From assembly GCF_028368995.1 (NCBI RefSeq), contig NZ_JAQNDL010000001.1, positions 2,528,001 to 2,592,000 on the forward strand: DNA of 64,000 bases, read 5' to 3'. Of the stretch, positions 31,373 through 42,865 are shown in pieces (positions within the stretch are counted from its first letter, which is position 1; the number at the start of each line of letters is the position of its first letter). The position numbers and the translations under genes are program-made. This DNA is from Nannocystis bainbridge (lineage in GTDB: Bacteria > Myxococcota_A > Polyangia > Nannocystales > Nannocystaceae). Below the pieces are notes generated by a model. It searched no databases. It saw only the letters and a list, made by a program, of their open reading frames with translations, and had not been told where the DNA came from.

Positions 31373-31827
31373 TCAGGGCCCGACGGGATAGCGGCTGGCG
31401 ACGGCGATCCGGTTCCACAGGTTCATCTGGATCGCCAGCCACTCGACCGCCGCGATCTCCTCCGAAGACAGCACCTCGGCGGCCTCGGCGTAGATCGTCT
31501 CGGGGATCTGGTCGTGGGCGACGAGCGTGACCGCCTCGGTCAGCTCGAGTGCCGCGCGCTCCTTGTCGGTGAAGTACTGGGTCTCGCGCCAGGCCGGCAG
31601 CACGCTGAGGCGGTCGCTGGTCTCGCCGGTGGCCAGCGCGTCGCGGCTGTGCATGCGCACGCAAAAGGCGCAGTGGTTGAGCTGCGACGCCCGCAGGCGC
31701 AGCAGGTGGACGAAGCCGTCGGCCAGGCCGGCGGCCTTGGCCCGCTGGGTCACCTGCGCGTCGAGGGCCACCACCGCCCGGTAGAGCTCCGGCGCGGCCT
31801 TGCCGAGGTTGACACGATCGTCCTGGT

Positions 31828-31831
<4 letters not shown>
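31373..31831 (-). CDS. carboxymuconolactone decarboxylase / AhpD family protein
   Basis: LRASQLNHCAFCVRMH, WRET..FTDKERAAL, NLWNRI; overlaps the glnS stop. Confidence 0.88.
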
Positions 31832-33537
<1,706 letters not shown>

Positions 33538-33646
33538 GGCGACCCGATCCGTACTCCAGATGGGCCCGCAGGGTCAAACGGCGGCCCGCGGCGGCATTGT
33601 GGCGGGAAATTTGCCCCGCCCGCGCGGGCCGTGTTTCCCTCGCCCC

Positions 33647-34273
33647 GTGAGCCCCGGATCTCCGCGCTGGACCGCCGTTCGGGCCTTCCTCGGTCGGCAC
33701 GCCTACGTCGCCCTGGCGGCCGGCGCGCTGCTCGTGCTCACCCGCACCGTCGACTTCGCCCCGCCGCCGCTCGTCCGCCCCGACCCGTCCGCGCACGGTG
33801 GCGCCGGCGGGCCGGTCGAGGTCCAGGAGTTCTCGCCCGAGCTGCGCAACCCCCGGGTCATGCAGCTGCGCCTGGTCCTGCGCCGCTACGACGACCCCAA
33901 GCTGCCGGTCAAGGCCGACGACCACGCCCTCGACGACCGCGGCGACGTGCTGTCCTCGCCGCTCGTCACCGCCGTGGTCGGCACCGAGGCCGCTGTCGAC
34001 CAGAAGGTCGGCCTCGAGGGCGGCGACCTGCAGGTCCGCCTCGGCCTGCGCGCGACCCCGCGGCTGGGCCCCGGCGGCGCGACCACGCTCGAGCACACGC
34101 TCGAGGTCCACAGCGAGCGCGCCGGCTGGCGCGGCCACCCCGAGCGCCCGGTGTTCGTCGCCGGCGGCGTGGCCTCCGAGCTCGAGAACCGCAGCCAGCG
34201 CTGGGTGTTCGCCGTCGACGACCACCTGTTCAGCCTCGACCTCGAAGCCGTGCGCCCCGGCGGCCCGGTCTGA
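33647..34273 (+). CDS. hypothetical membrane-anchored protein
   Basis: GTG 33647, N-terminal hydrophobic helix, GC3-rich codons. Confidence 0.6.
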   Translation: MSPGSPRWTAVRAFLGRHAYVALAAGALLVLTRTVDFAPPPLVRPDPSAHGGAGGPVEVQEFSPELRNPRVMQLRLVLRRYDDPKLPVKADDHALDDRGDVLSSPLVTAVVGTEAAVDQKVGLEGGDLQVRLGLRATPRLGPGGATTLEHTLEVHSERAGWRGHPERPVFVAGGVASELENRSQRWVFAVDDHLFSLDLEAVRPGGPV

Positions 34274-34365
34274 GCGCGGGGCCGACGCACGGCGCCGGGG
34301 CGTAAGAGCCCCCCTGGACTCGCCGTCCGCGGCTCACGAGCGCCGCACGCGGCCGTTCTCTTGCA

Positions 34366-34449
34366 TGGTCGAAGCGACATGCGCTTTCCAACATGCCCTC
34401 GGAGACATGCCCTCTCGGACATGCTCTTCGGGACATTCCCGCGAGGACA
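34366..34449. repeat. Six-unit 14-bp array between convergent genes
   Basis: tggtcgaagcgaca/tgcgctttccaaca/tgccctcggagaca/tgccctctcggaca/tgctcttcgggaca/ttcccgcgaggaca. Confidence 0.85.
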
Positions 34450-34455
34450 TGTCCG

Positions 34456-35028
34456 TCAGCGCCGGTACGGGTCGGCGACGCGGGCCAGCAGGGTCGCCTC
34501 GAAGGTGCGCAGCGCGAGCATCGTCCGCCGCAGCTCGGCGAACACGTGCGCCAGGTCGGGGCCGTCCGGGTACAGCACCTCTTCCCACAGGTCGTCGCTG
34601 CGGTCGAACACCCCGCGGCGGAACAGCGCCGCGTAGAAGGGGGCCGGCCCGAGCCCGAGCCCGAGCAGGACCAGGCGATCGCGCTCGTCGAGCCGGCGGA
34701 ACAGCAGCAGCCACTCCCACAGCGCGCGCCGGGCCTCGCCGATCGCGCGGTCGTAGGCGTCGCAGCGGGCCCGCCGACCCCACGGCGTCTCCGGGGCCAG
34801 CGGGTTGTCCCAGTCGGCCAGCGGGGTCGCCAGCGCGTGCCGCACGACGCGCGCCTGGCGGGCCAGCTCGCCGAGCCCGCGGCTCAGGTGGGCCGTGCTC
34901 GGATCGTCGTCGCCGTCGCTGAGGGCCAGCAGCTCGCGCAGCCGGGCGTCCCGCTCGCGCTCCCGCGACCACCAGCGCGCCGCTGCCGCGGCCGTGACCC
35001 CTGCGCCGACGGTGATCGCCCAGCTCAT
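34456..35028 (-). CDS. hypothetical protein with N-terminal TM
   Basis: ATG 35028; MSWAITVGAGVTAAAAARWW; coding-like codons. Confidence 0.6.
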   Translation of the reverse strand: MSWAITVGAGVTAAAAARWWSRERERDARLRELLALSDGDDDPSTAHLSRGLGELARQARVVRHALATPLADWDNPLAPETPWGRRARCDAYDRAIGEARRALWEWLLLFRRLDERDRLVLLGLGLGPAPFYAALFRRGVFDRSDDLWEEVLYPDGPDLAHVFAELRRTMLALRTFEATLLARVADPYRR

Positions 35029-35269
35029 GCCTTTTAAAAGATGATCGACGCCGGGCGCGAACTCAAGGGCGCCGGGGGGCGCACATTCGCCCGCGACATG
35101 TTCTTTAGGACATGTACGAACATTGCCCGCCCGCCGCGCGACGCCGACGCGGTCGCGCCCTCGCGGCGCTCGCCCGCGCTGCAGCGCAGAGCTCGCCCCG
35201 GCGGCCGCGCGTCCGGCCGGTTCGGTCCCGATCGATCCCGCTGCGCGACTCCCGTCTCGCTGGCTCACC

Positions 35270-35900
35270 CGCATCACCTCCGCCTCGCCTCGTCTCGCGC
35301 CGGTTGCTCGGTCGCCTGGTCTCCTCGTTCTCCGTCGTGTCCGTCTCGCGTCGGTTGACCCGTCGCTCGTCGCCTCCTCGCTCCTCGCATCCGCCTCGCG
35401 TAGACGCTCCGTCGTCGCGCCTCCTCGCCCTTCGTCGCGTCCGTTTCACGTCGTTGCCCCGTCGCCTCGTCTCTCCTTCGTCGCCCCGTCCTTCCGTCGC
35501 GTCCGTTTCGCGTCCTTGCCCCTTCGTCTCGCCCCGTCCGTCCGTCGCGTCCGTTTCACGTGGGTCGCTCTGTCGCCACGCCTCGTCGCCTCGTCGCCTC
35601 GTTCGTCGCCCCGTCCTTCCGTCGCGTCCGTTCACGTGGGTCGCTCTGTCGCCGCGCCTCACCGCCCCGTCTTTCCTTCGCCTCGTCTCGCTCGGCAGCG
35701 TCACCTCGTTCGCGTCCTTCGGCTCCGACACTTCCGCTTCGCCCCGTCGCATCGCTCTCTGCTTCGACGCGACCGTTGCCTCTCTTCCCGCCGCATCTCG
35801 TTCTGCTCCGTCGCTCCGCGTCACTTCCCCCTGCTCTGCCGTCGCCTTCGCTCGTCGCTCGTCCCTTCGCTCCCCTCCACCGCGGCCCGCCTGGCCGCTT
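35270..35900. repeat. A-depleted low-complexity tract with imperfect internal repeats
   Basis: plus strand is almost only C/G/T; four copies of (cc)gtcgcgtccgtt(t)c near 35433, 35494, 35542 and 35619. Confidence 0.7.
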
Positions 35901-36294
35901 CACGCCTGTTCCGTCTCACCGTGAGGCTGCACAGGCGCGGGATCCGGGTGACCCGCGAGGCCCCAGGGCTCGGGGCCCGACCTCCCCGCCTTTCGCGTCA
36001 GCCTCCACGATCAGGCATATGCTGTTGCAACGACCTCGGTTCACGCAGCGGTCAAGCCCTCCCCGATCCGCTCTCGCCGACCTCGCAAGGCCCGCCGCCC
36101 TGCCTCCTGGCTGTTCTCGTGGCGCTCTCACGAGGGTTTTCACTGACGCGCGCCGACGCGGTCGAAACCATTGCGTCACGCGATCACGTGACCGGACGGT
36201 CGACCGGACAGCGAGGCCGAAAGACGTCTCGTGTTGGCTCCACCGTCATCGCAGGCGCAAAGCTCGCGACGCTGCTACCGTGGGCAATAGCTGG

Positions 36295-37506
36295 ATGACT
36301 GCGAGCCACGACGTCCGTCCCTTCCTCGACCTCCACGGAGCCGAATACTCGCGTGACCCGCACGGGGCGATCCGGGCCGCGCGCGAGCAGAGCTGGTGCG
36401 CGGACACGGTGATGGGTCCGGCGATCCTGCGCTACCGCGAGGTCCAGGCCGCGCTGGCCCAGCGCTCGCTGCGGACCCCCGGACCTGACTTTTTGGCCAT
36501 GCAGGGCATCCACGACGGCCCGCTGGTCGAGATCATGTCGGGCTTCTTGCTCAACACCGACGGCCCCGTGCACGATCGGCTGCGCCGGCTCATCAGTCGC
36601 TCGTTCACCGTGCGCCGGGTCGAGGCCGTGCGCCCGCAGATCGTCGCCATCGCCGGCGAGCTCGCCGACGCTCTGGTCGCCAAGGATCGCTGCGACCTCG
36701 TGGCCGAGTTCGCCGACCCGTTCGCGCGCCGCGTGCTGTGTGCGTTCGTCGGCATCCCCGCCGACGCCCAGGCCCGCGTGCGCCGCTGGACCGCCGACCT
36801 CGGGCTGATGTTCGGCCTCAGCGTCGCCAAGCACCGGGCCCAGATCGAGGCCTCGATGATCGAGCTGCGCGGGTTCATCGACGGGCTGATCGCGCTGCGC
36901 CGGCGCGACCCGGTCGACGACCTGCTCAGCGAACTGGTCGCGGCCGAGGCCAACGGCGACATGCTGACCGACACCGAGCTGCGGGCGATGATCGTCACCT
37001 TCATGTCGGCCGGCAGCGACACGGTGCTGAACCAGCTCGGCCACGCCTTCGCGGCCTTCGTCGAGCACCCGGACCAGTGGCGCCTGCTCGCCGCGGACCC
37101 GTCGCTGGCGGCCAACGCCGCCGAGGAGGTGGTCCGCTTCTCGCCGGCCGCGCTGCTCGGGGTGCCGCGCATCGCCACCGCCGACGTCGAGGTCGCCGGC
37201 CACGTGTTCCCGCGCGGCAGCTTCATCCTCCCGCTCACTGGCGCGGCCAACCGCGACCCGCGGGTCTTCACCGACCCCGACCGCTTCGACATCACCCGCC
37301 AGCGCGACGTCCACCTCACCTTCGGCGGCGGGATCCACTACTGCCTCGGCGCCGCGCTGGCCCGCACCCAATTGCAGGTCACCCTGCCGATGCTGGCCAC
37401 CCGCCTCGGCGAGCTCCACCCCGACGGCCCGATCCCCTGGCTGCCGCCCACCGAGGCCGTGTACGGCCCCCTGAGCGTGCCCGTGGCCTACCGCGCCCGC
37501 GGCTGA
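36295..37506 (+). CDS. cytochrome P450
   Basis: DGPVHDRLRR, AGSDTV (I-helix), EEVVR, ANRDP, HLTFGGGIHYCLG. Confidence 0.94.
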   Translation: MTASHDVRPFLDLHGAEYSRDPHGAIRAAREQSWCADTVMGPAILRYREVQAALAQRSLRTPGPDFLAMQGIHDGPLVEIMSGFLLNTDGPVHDRLRRLISRSFTVRRVEAVRPQIVAIAGELADALVAKDRCDLVAEFADPFARRVLCAFVGIPADAQARVRRWTADLGLMFGLSVAKHRAQIEASMIELRGFIDGLIALRRRDPVDDLLSELVAAEANGDMLTDTELRAMIVTFMSAGSDTVLNQLGHAFAAFVEHPDQWRLLAADPSLAANAAEEVVRFSPAALLGVPRIATADVEVAGHVFPRGSFILPLTGAANRDPRVFTDPDRFDITRQRDVHLTFGGGIHYCLGAALARTQLQVTLPMLATRLGELHPDGPIPWLPPTEAVYGPLSVPVAYRARG

Positions 37507-38087
37507 GGCCCGCGGCCGGACACGGCGCCGCCGGTGCGGAGGTTCGCCTCGGCGAGCGCCGCTCGTGCGATAAGAAAGGGCCGTTCGTGCTCGGCAACGA
37601 CGCCGCCGCTCATCCCCTCGAGCCCGAGCTCGACGTGTCCGGCGACCCGTTCGCGGCCAATCCATCGACCTGTCCCTTCAGACAGTTTATTATGCGCCCG
37701 GTCTCGCCGCCGCGGGTCCGCCCGACGCGCCGGGCTCGGCCTTTGTCCGCGCGCGATCGCCTGCTCGCCCCGCCATCCTCGCCGACGGCTCGCGCGCTCG
37801 CCGGGTCGCCCGATCTGGCGCTCCTGACGTATGTGCATAGCCGGCGGCTCGAGCCCGCCGGGTCGGCGCCACCGGCGGACTGCAGACAATCGCGGCCCGC
37901 GGCGCGGCGACCGGAGCGGGGCCGGTTTCGCCTGCGAAGGGCCGCCGGTGGGGAAATTCGGGCCGTCGGCGCCATCACGCTCGGGTCCGCTGCATTGGTG
38001 CCAGTCGTGGCTCCGGGCCATAAGCCCAGCGACCCCTCGGCGCGCCCCGGACCGGCCGGCGCGGCGCCAGGTTCAAGGAGATTCGCC

Positions 38088-38612
38088 ATGCTCGCACGTT
38101 CATGTCTGACCTTGCTGCTCTGCTGCACCTCGACCCTCGCGGCGGCGAAGGAGCCCGCGCAGGTCGCGGCCGCGCAGGGCCCTCTGCGCCCGTTGGCGGC
38201 GCGCAATGTGGAGCCCGCGAACCAGCCGGCGCCGCTGATCCCTCCTGGCCGCGAGCCCGACCTCGTCCCGCCCGACTACAAGCGCGACTGGCAGACCGAG
38301 CAGCGCTTCTTGCAGGCCGGCACGGGCGCCTCGTGGGCCCTCGCGGGCCTCGGCACGATCGGCCTGGCCGTCCCGCTGGGCATGCTCAATCGCTGCAACC
38401 AGGCCTCCGACGCCGGGGCCATGATCGACTGCAGCCAGCAGCGCCGCACCGCCGGCATCATGGCCCCGATCCTCGGCGTGCTCACCATCGCCGCGATCAT
38501 CCCCGCGGTGATGTTCACGCGCCGCCTCGTCAAGCACGACGACAAGAAGCCTGGCAAGCAGCGCCGCACCGCCTTCGGCGTCAACGCGGGCGGCCTCGCG
38601 CTGCAGTTCTGA
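38088..38612 (+). CDS. hypothetical exported/membrane protein
   Basis: aaggag RBS; signal peptide; two hydrophobic segments; ends GGLALQF. Confidence 0.65.
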   Translation: MLARSCLTLLLCCTSTLAAAKEPAQVAAAQGPLRPLAARNVEPANQPAPLIPPGREPDLVPPDYKRDWQTEQRFLQAGTGASWALAGLGTIGLAVPLGMLNRCNQASDAGAMIDCSQQRRTAGIMAPILGVLTIAAIIPAVMFTRRLVKHDDKKPGKQRRTAFGVNAGGLALQF

Positions 38613-38654
38613 GCGCGCTCGCTCGCCGGCCGGCCCCCGCGTATCCTCGCGGCC

Positions 38655-39140
38655 ATGCCCGCCCGCCTGCGCACCGCCGGTCCGTCCGACGCCGCCGACA
38701 TTCACCGCCTGATCGTCGACCTCGCCACCTACGAGCGCGAGCCGGACGCCGTGGTCGTCACCGTCGACGGGCTGCGGGACCAGCTCGCCGCCGAGCGTCC
38801 GCCCTTCGAGTGCATCCTCGCCGAGGACGACGACGAGGCGGTGGTCGGCTTCGCCCTGTTCTTCCACAACTACTCGACCTGGCGCGGCCGCCCCGGCCTC
38901 TACCTCGAGGACCTGTTCGTCGATCCCACGCGGCGCGGCCGCGGGATCGGCAAGCAGCTGCTCGTGCGCCTGGCCCAGCTCGCCGTCGAGCGCGGCTGCG
39001 CCCGCATGGACTGGGCCGTGCTCGACTGGAACGCCCCGGCGATCGCGTTCTACGAGGCGCTCGGCGCCCGCGCGGTGGCCGACTGGACCATCTTCCGCCT
39101 CACCGGACCTGCGCTCTCGGACCTGGCCCGGACGACATGA
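38655..39140 (+). CDS. GNAT acetyltransferase (SSAT/diamine type)
   Basis: LATYER, NYSTWRGRPGLYLEDLFV, RGRGIGK, VLDWNAPAIAFY. Confidence 0.9.
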   Translation: MPARLRTAGPSDAADIHRLIVDLATYEREPDAVVVTVDGLRDQLAAERPPFECILAEDDDEAVVGFALFFHNYSTWRGRPGLYLEDLFVDPTRRGRGIGKQLLVRLAQLAVERGCARMDWAVLDWNAPAIAFYEALGARAVADWTIFRLTGPALSDLARTT

Positions 39141-39239
39141 CCTTTCGGTCATTGTGATGACCACCGCTCCGCGCGGACGAATCACCGCACGCCGGATTCA
39201 TGCCCCGTCGCTACCGGCCGGCGCCGGATCAGCGCGCGG

Positions 39240-39569
39240 TCACAGGCGCGACAGCTGATTGACGCGAGCCACCAGCGACGAGCTGCCCATCACCACCAGG
39301 CGGCCCGCGGAGGCCAGCGCCTCGGCGCTGCTCGGATCGCCGGTGACGAGGCTCTTGAAGTCGGCGCTGTCGATCGCCAGCTCGCACTGGGCGCCCGGCC
39401 AATAGCCGGCCCACACGCCCGTCTTGGCCCGGGTGACCTCGACCCACCATTCGCCCCCGCCGGGTCCGGAGATGCGGAATTGATAGGTCCCGCCGATCTC
39501 GGCCGCGCCCGCCGGATTACGGCGGAGGGCCGCCGGCAGGTCCTCGTTGAAAAAGCGCTGGACGTTCAT
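39240..39569 (-). CDS. SCP2 sterol-carrier domain protein
   Basis: YQFRISGPGGGEWWV, LAIDSADF..L, GRLVVMG. Confidence 0.75.
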   Translation of the reverse strand: MNVQRFFNEDLPAALRRNPAGAAEIGGTYQFRISGPGGGEWWVEVTRAKTGVWAGYWPGAQCELAIDSADFKSLVTGDPSSAEALASAGRLVVMGSSSLVARVNQLSRL

Positions 39570-39845
39570 CCGCGGGTGCCCGAGGCCACGCTGCCACGCT
39601 GTTCTGCTGGAGTCAACGCTCGCGCACCGCCGCAAGAATCGCAGGAGTTCCCCTCGTGACGCGCCTTATTTGGCCATCTCAGTGAGTCCGCGCTCGGCCG
39701 GCGCACCAATGGTGGGATCCATGCCCACTGCGACATAACACGCGGTCGTGCGCGTGCTGCGATTCACGGCTTCGCTGCGCGCTGCGAGGCCCGCGCTCAC
39801 GCGAATGGTCGTTCGCGTCGGCGCGGGCCGCGACCTGCCGGTCCG

Positions 39846-42185
39846 TCAGTAGCGCGCCTTGGACAGCTGCACGAGCGTCTCGCGCAGCGTCTCGCGGGTG
39901 TGGCGTTCGCGCCTGAACCCGCCGTCGTGGCTGCCGAGCAAGATCTCGAGCGCCCGGCGGGCGACCTGCTCTTCTTGCGGGACGAGCGGGTTGTCGGCGC
40001 GGCGGTCGTCGGCGAGGAGCTCGAGCATGCGCTGGATCCCGCGGGCCACCACGCCCTTTTGCTGGCGGTAGTAGTCGTCGCGCAGGCGGTAGAAGTAGTC
40101 GGCGAAGATCTCGGCGTAGGCCGGCTCCTCGTCGGGGTGGCTGAGCGCCCAGGCGCCGATCCGCGACAGCAGGTCGGTGCGGAAGTGCGGGCCCGCCTTG
40201 GGGTCCATCGTCTTCTCGAGGCCCTGCATGAACTTCTCGTCGGGGTCGCGCAGGTTGCCGGTGACGGGGTCGAACATCTTCTCGCGCTTGACCGCGTGCT
40301 TGACGTGGACCACGTATTTCTTGAACACCTCGAGGTAGCGGGCCTCGTCGACCAGGCCCATCGCCTCGCGGACCTCCCAGTCGGACGCGCTGAGCCAGTA
40401 GTTCCAGGCCGCCGCGGTGATGCTGCCCTCGCCGTCGAGCAGGTGGAACCCGCTCGCCGCCTTGGGCAGCAGCATCCAGCGGTGGTTGAGCGCGTCGGCC
40501 ATGAACTTGCGCAGCTCCTTGAACAGCCGCGGCACGGTCACGCAGGTGGTGCCCGGCTCGCTGGCGGCCGCCAGCAGCACGCGCTTGAGGTCGCGGACCG
40601 AGGCGCCGAAGCTGCCCTCGTAATCGCCGAGCAGGTGCTCGGCCCCCTCGGCGCGCACGACCGCCTGGGGGAACCGCTCGAGGTGCATCTGCGGGACCGC
40701 CAGCAGCAGCTCGCGGGCCTCGTCGCTGGTCAGGCCGGCGGGCACGCGGCCGTAGGCGTAGAGGTCGGCCTTGTCGAGCGGTCCGAGGCGCGACAGCACC
40801 GCCTGCAGCTTGGGCGAGTAGTCGGCCGGGTTGGGCGGGCGCAGCCGCGTCATCACGCCCCACAGCGCGAGGATCCGCGGCACGTGCGGGGCGATGTGGA
40901 TGCCCCGCAGCACGTCGCCGACCTGCTCCTGGTAGACCTTGCGCTCGACCCGGTAGTCGAGCAGGTACGGCACCGGGATCAGCTCGAGGCGCCCGCGCAG
41001 GCTCTGGTACTCGCCCGATCGCAGGGCGCGGAACTCGAGCAGGTTGAGGTCGTTGGCCGAGCCGGCGAACACCACGTCGAGCGCCAGCACCACGTGCTCG
41101 AGCGCGACCTGGCCCGACTCGGTGGCCGTCAGCAGGTACTTGTAATGCTCGTACGGCCGCTTCAGCAGGTCGCTGAAGTTGATGAGCCCGCGGTTGGCGT
41201 CGACCAGGTCGCCCTGGCAGGCGAACAGCACCTGGCCGCCGATGGCCGGCGGCAAGCTGGCGTAGGCGCGGTCGCCGGTGACGGGGAAGCTGCGCGCGTC
41301 GGCGGTCTGCTTGGGCTCGACGGTGACGAGCCCGCTGCGGTACTGCCGGCTGAGGAACAGCCGCTCGACCTGCACGTGCTGGTACACCTTGCGCAGGTCG
41401 CCCTGGTAGATGTTGAGCAGGGCGTCGAAGATCCGGCGGTTGCGCTGCGACAGGTCGCCGCGCAGCGCCGCCTCGCTGATGACGAAGTGCTCGAGCCCGC
41501 TGTTCTTCGGGTCACGGGCCTGCGCCCCCCGCAGCTGCGACTGCAGCAGCGCCGCCCGCTCGGGCACCGGGATCAGGTAGAGCGGCGGGTCCTTGTTCTC
41601 GTCGCTCAGCTTGGCGTCGATCGCCTCGGCCCCGAGCTTGGCGAACGTCGCCTCGCCGATCGAATCGCTCCACGACCCGCTGCCGAAGCCGATGCCGCCG
41701 CTCTTCGAGCTCTTGCTCGGGAACACCCACGAGAAGCGATAGAGCGCCCCGCCGTCGGTCTCGGAGTAGGCCTCGAGCCCGCGCATCGCCGCGTCGAGGA
41801 AGGTCGTCTTGGCCGAGCCGTTGGGCCCGTGCAGCAGCAACAGCTTGTTGACGCGGCCGATCCGGACGAAGCCGTCGAGGGCCTCGTAAAAGGCGTTCTG
41901 GGCCGGCTCCTGGCCGACCAGGCGGCCGGTGCCGCCGTCGAACTCGCAGTCGAACAGCTTGAACCGCGCGACCTTGCCGCTGGGGATCCGGACATCGCGG
42001 CGGCCGTAGAACTCGAAGCAGTCGCGCAGGTACTGCGCGGCGTTGCGGGCGTGGACGTGCGGCTGATCGCACAGCAGCTCGAACCACTCCTCGAAGCTGA
42101 GCACCCGACGGGTGCTCTCGAACTCCTGGGCGACCGCGGCCGCCAGCGCCTCGATCCTCGTCTTGGCGCTCACTGGCTCGTCCAT
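39846..42185 (-). CDS. PrkA/YeaG-family AAA serine kinase
   Basis: Walker A LLHGPNGSAKT, GDLVDANRG, FSDLLKRP, PYLLDY, IAPHV. Confidence 0.85.
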   Translation of the reverse strand: MDEPVSAKTRIEALAAAVAQEFESTRRVLSFEEWFELLCDQPHVHARNAAQYLRDCFEFYGRRDVRIPSGKVARFKLFDCEFDGGTGRLVGQEPAQNAFYEALDGFVRIGRVNKLLLLHGPNGSAKTTFLDAAMRGLEAYSETDGGALYRFSWVFPSKSSKSGGIGFGSGSWSDSIGEATFAKLGAEAIDAKLSDENKDPPLYLIPVPERAALLQSQLRGAQARDPKNSGLEHFVISEAALRGDLSQRNRRIFDALLNIYQGDLRKVYQHVQVERLFLSRQYRSGLVTVEPKQTADARSFPVTGDRAYASLPPAIGGQVLFACQGDLVDANRGLINFSDLLKRPYEHYKYLLTATESGQVALEHVVLALDVVFAGSANDLNLLEFRALRSGEYQSLRGRLELIPVPYLLDYRVERKVYQEQVGDVLRGIHIAPHVPRILALWGVMTRLRPPNPADYSPKLQAVLSRLGPLDKADLYAYGRVPAGLTSDEARELLLAVPQMHLERFPQAVVRAEGAEHLLGDYEGSFGASVRDLKRVLLAAASEPGTTCVTVPRLFKELRKFMADALNHRWMLLPKAASGFHLLDGEGSITAAAWNYWLSASDWEVREAMGLVDEARYLEVFKKYVVHVKHAVKREKMFDPVTGNLRDPDEKFMQGLEKTMDPKAGPHFRTDLLSRIGAWALSHPDEEPAYAEIFADYFYRLRDDYYRQQKGVVARGIQRMLELLADDRRADNPLVPQEEQVARRALEILLGSHDGGFRRERHTRETLRETLVQLSKARY

Positions 42186-42315
42186 CGCTGCCTCCGTTCG
42201 CGTCACTTCGCGGTGACGAGAAGCTCCATGGTAATCGAGCTCGCCGCGCTCGGCAAAAAGCCAGGCGGCCCGGGGCGCGAGGCCGACCTCGCGAACGTTG
42301 TTCGCGAGGCCCGCG

Positions 42316-42855
42316 CTACTTCACGGCGACCTTGAAGTCGACCTTCTGCGTGACCGGCGAGCAGGCCTCGTCCTGGCACACGGCGAACTTGAACTCGCCC
42401 GTGAACGCCTTGTCCCCGGCGGAAGTCGGGGTGAACTTCACGGCGAATTCCGCGCTCTTCTCGTCGAGCTTGGCGGCGTCGGCCTTGGCCAGCTCGGGCT
42501 TGGGCAGCGTGACGCCGTCGGGCGCCGACAGCGCGAGCTTGGTCGGGAAGTCGAGGTTGATGTGCCAGGGGCCCTGCGGCACGGCCGCGACGGTGATCAC
42601 GCCCTCGCGGCCGACGGCGGCGTCGGCCGGCGGGGTGATGCGGAGGGCGAAGCGGTCGTCGCCGGGACCGTCGACGAGCTTGACCTTGTCGCCAGGCGGG
42701 GTGGCATCGGCGGTGTCGGCCGGCTTCGGGGCCTCGGCGACCGGCTTGGTCTCCGGGCTCTTGGCTTCAGGGGTCGCCGGCTTCTTCTGGTCGCCTCCGC
42801 AGGCGGCAGCGAGACCGAGCACCAGCAGCGCGTAACGCGGCGAACGAATGGTCAT
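42316..42855 (-). CDS. lipoprotein with DsbD-N-like beta-sandwich
   Basis: lipobox LAAA-C; WHINLDFP; FAVCQDEAC. Confidence 0.7.
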   Translation of the reverse strand: MTIRSPRYALLVLGLAAACGGDQKKPATPEAKSPETKPVAEAPKPADTADATPPGDKVKLVDGPGDDRFALRITPPADAAVGREGVITVAAVPQGPWHINLDFPTKLALSAPDGVTLPKPELAKADAAKLDEKSAEFAVKFTPTSAGDKAFTGEFKFAVCQDEACSPVTQKVDFKVAVK

Positions 42856-42865
42856 GGCGCGCGAA

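Noticed and set aside
34366-34449. Arrays as MITE/IS ends or classical REP/BIME elements
   Set aside because: No long terminal inverted repeats, target-site duplications, fixed element length or nearby transposase/RAYT gene; the paralogue comparison favours substitution
35112-36298. Ser/Arg/Pro-rich plus-strand ORFs upstream of the P450
   Set aside because: Stop-free only because the tract lacks adenine; no codon bias; the P450 domain starts at 36295
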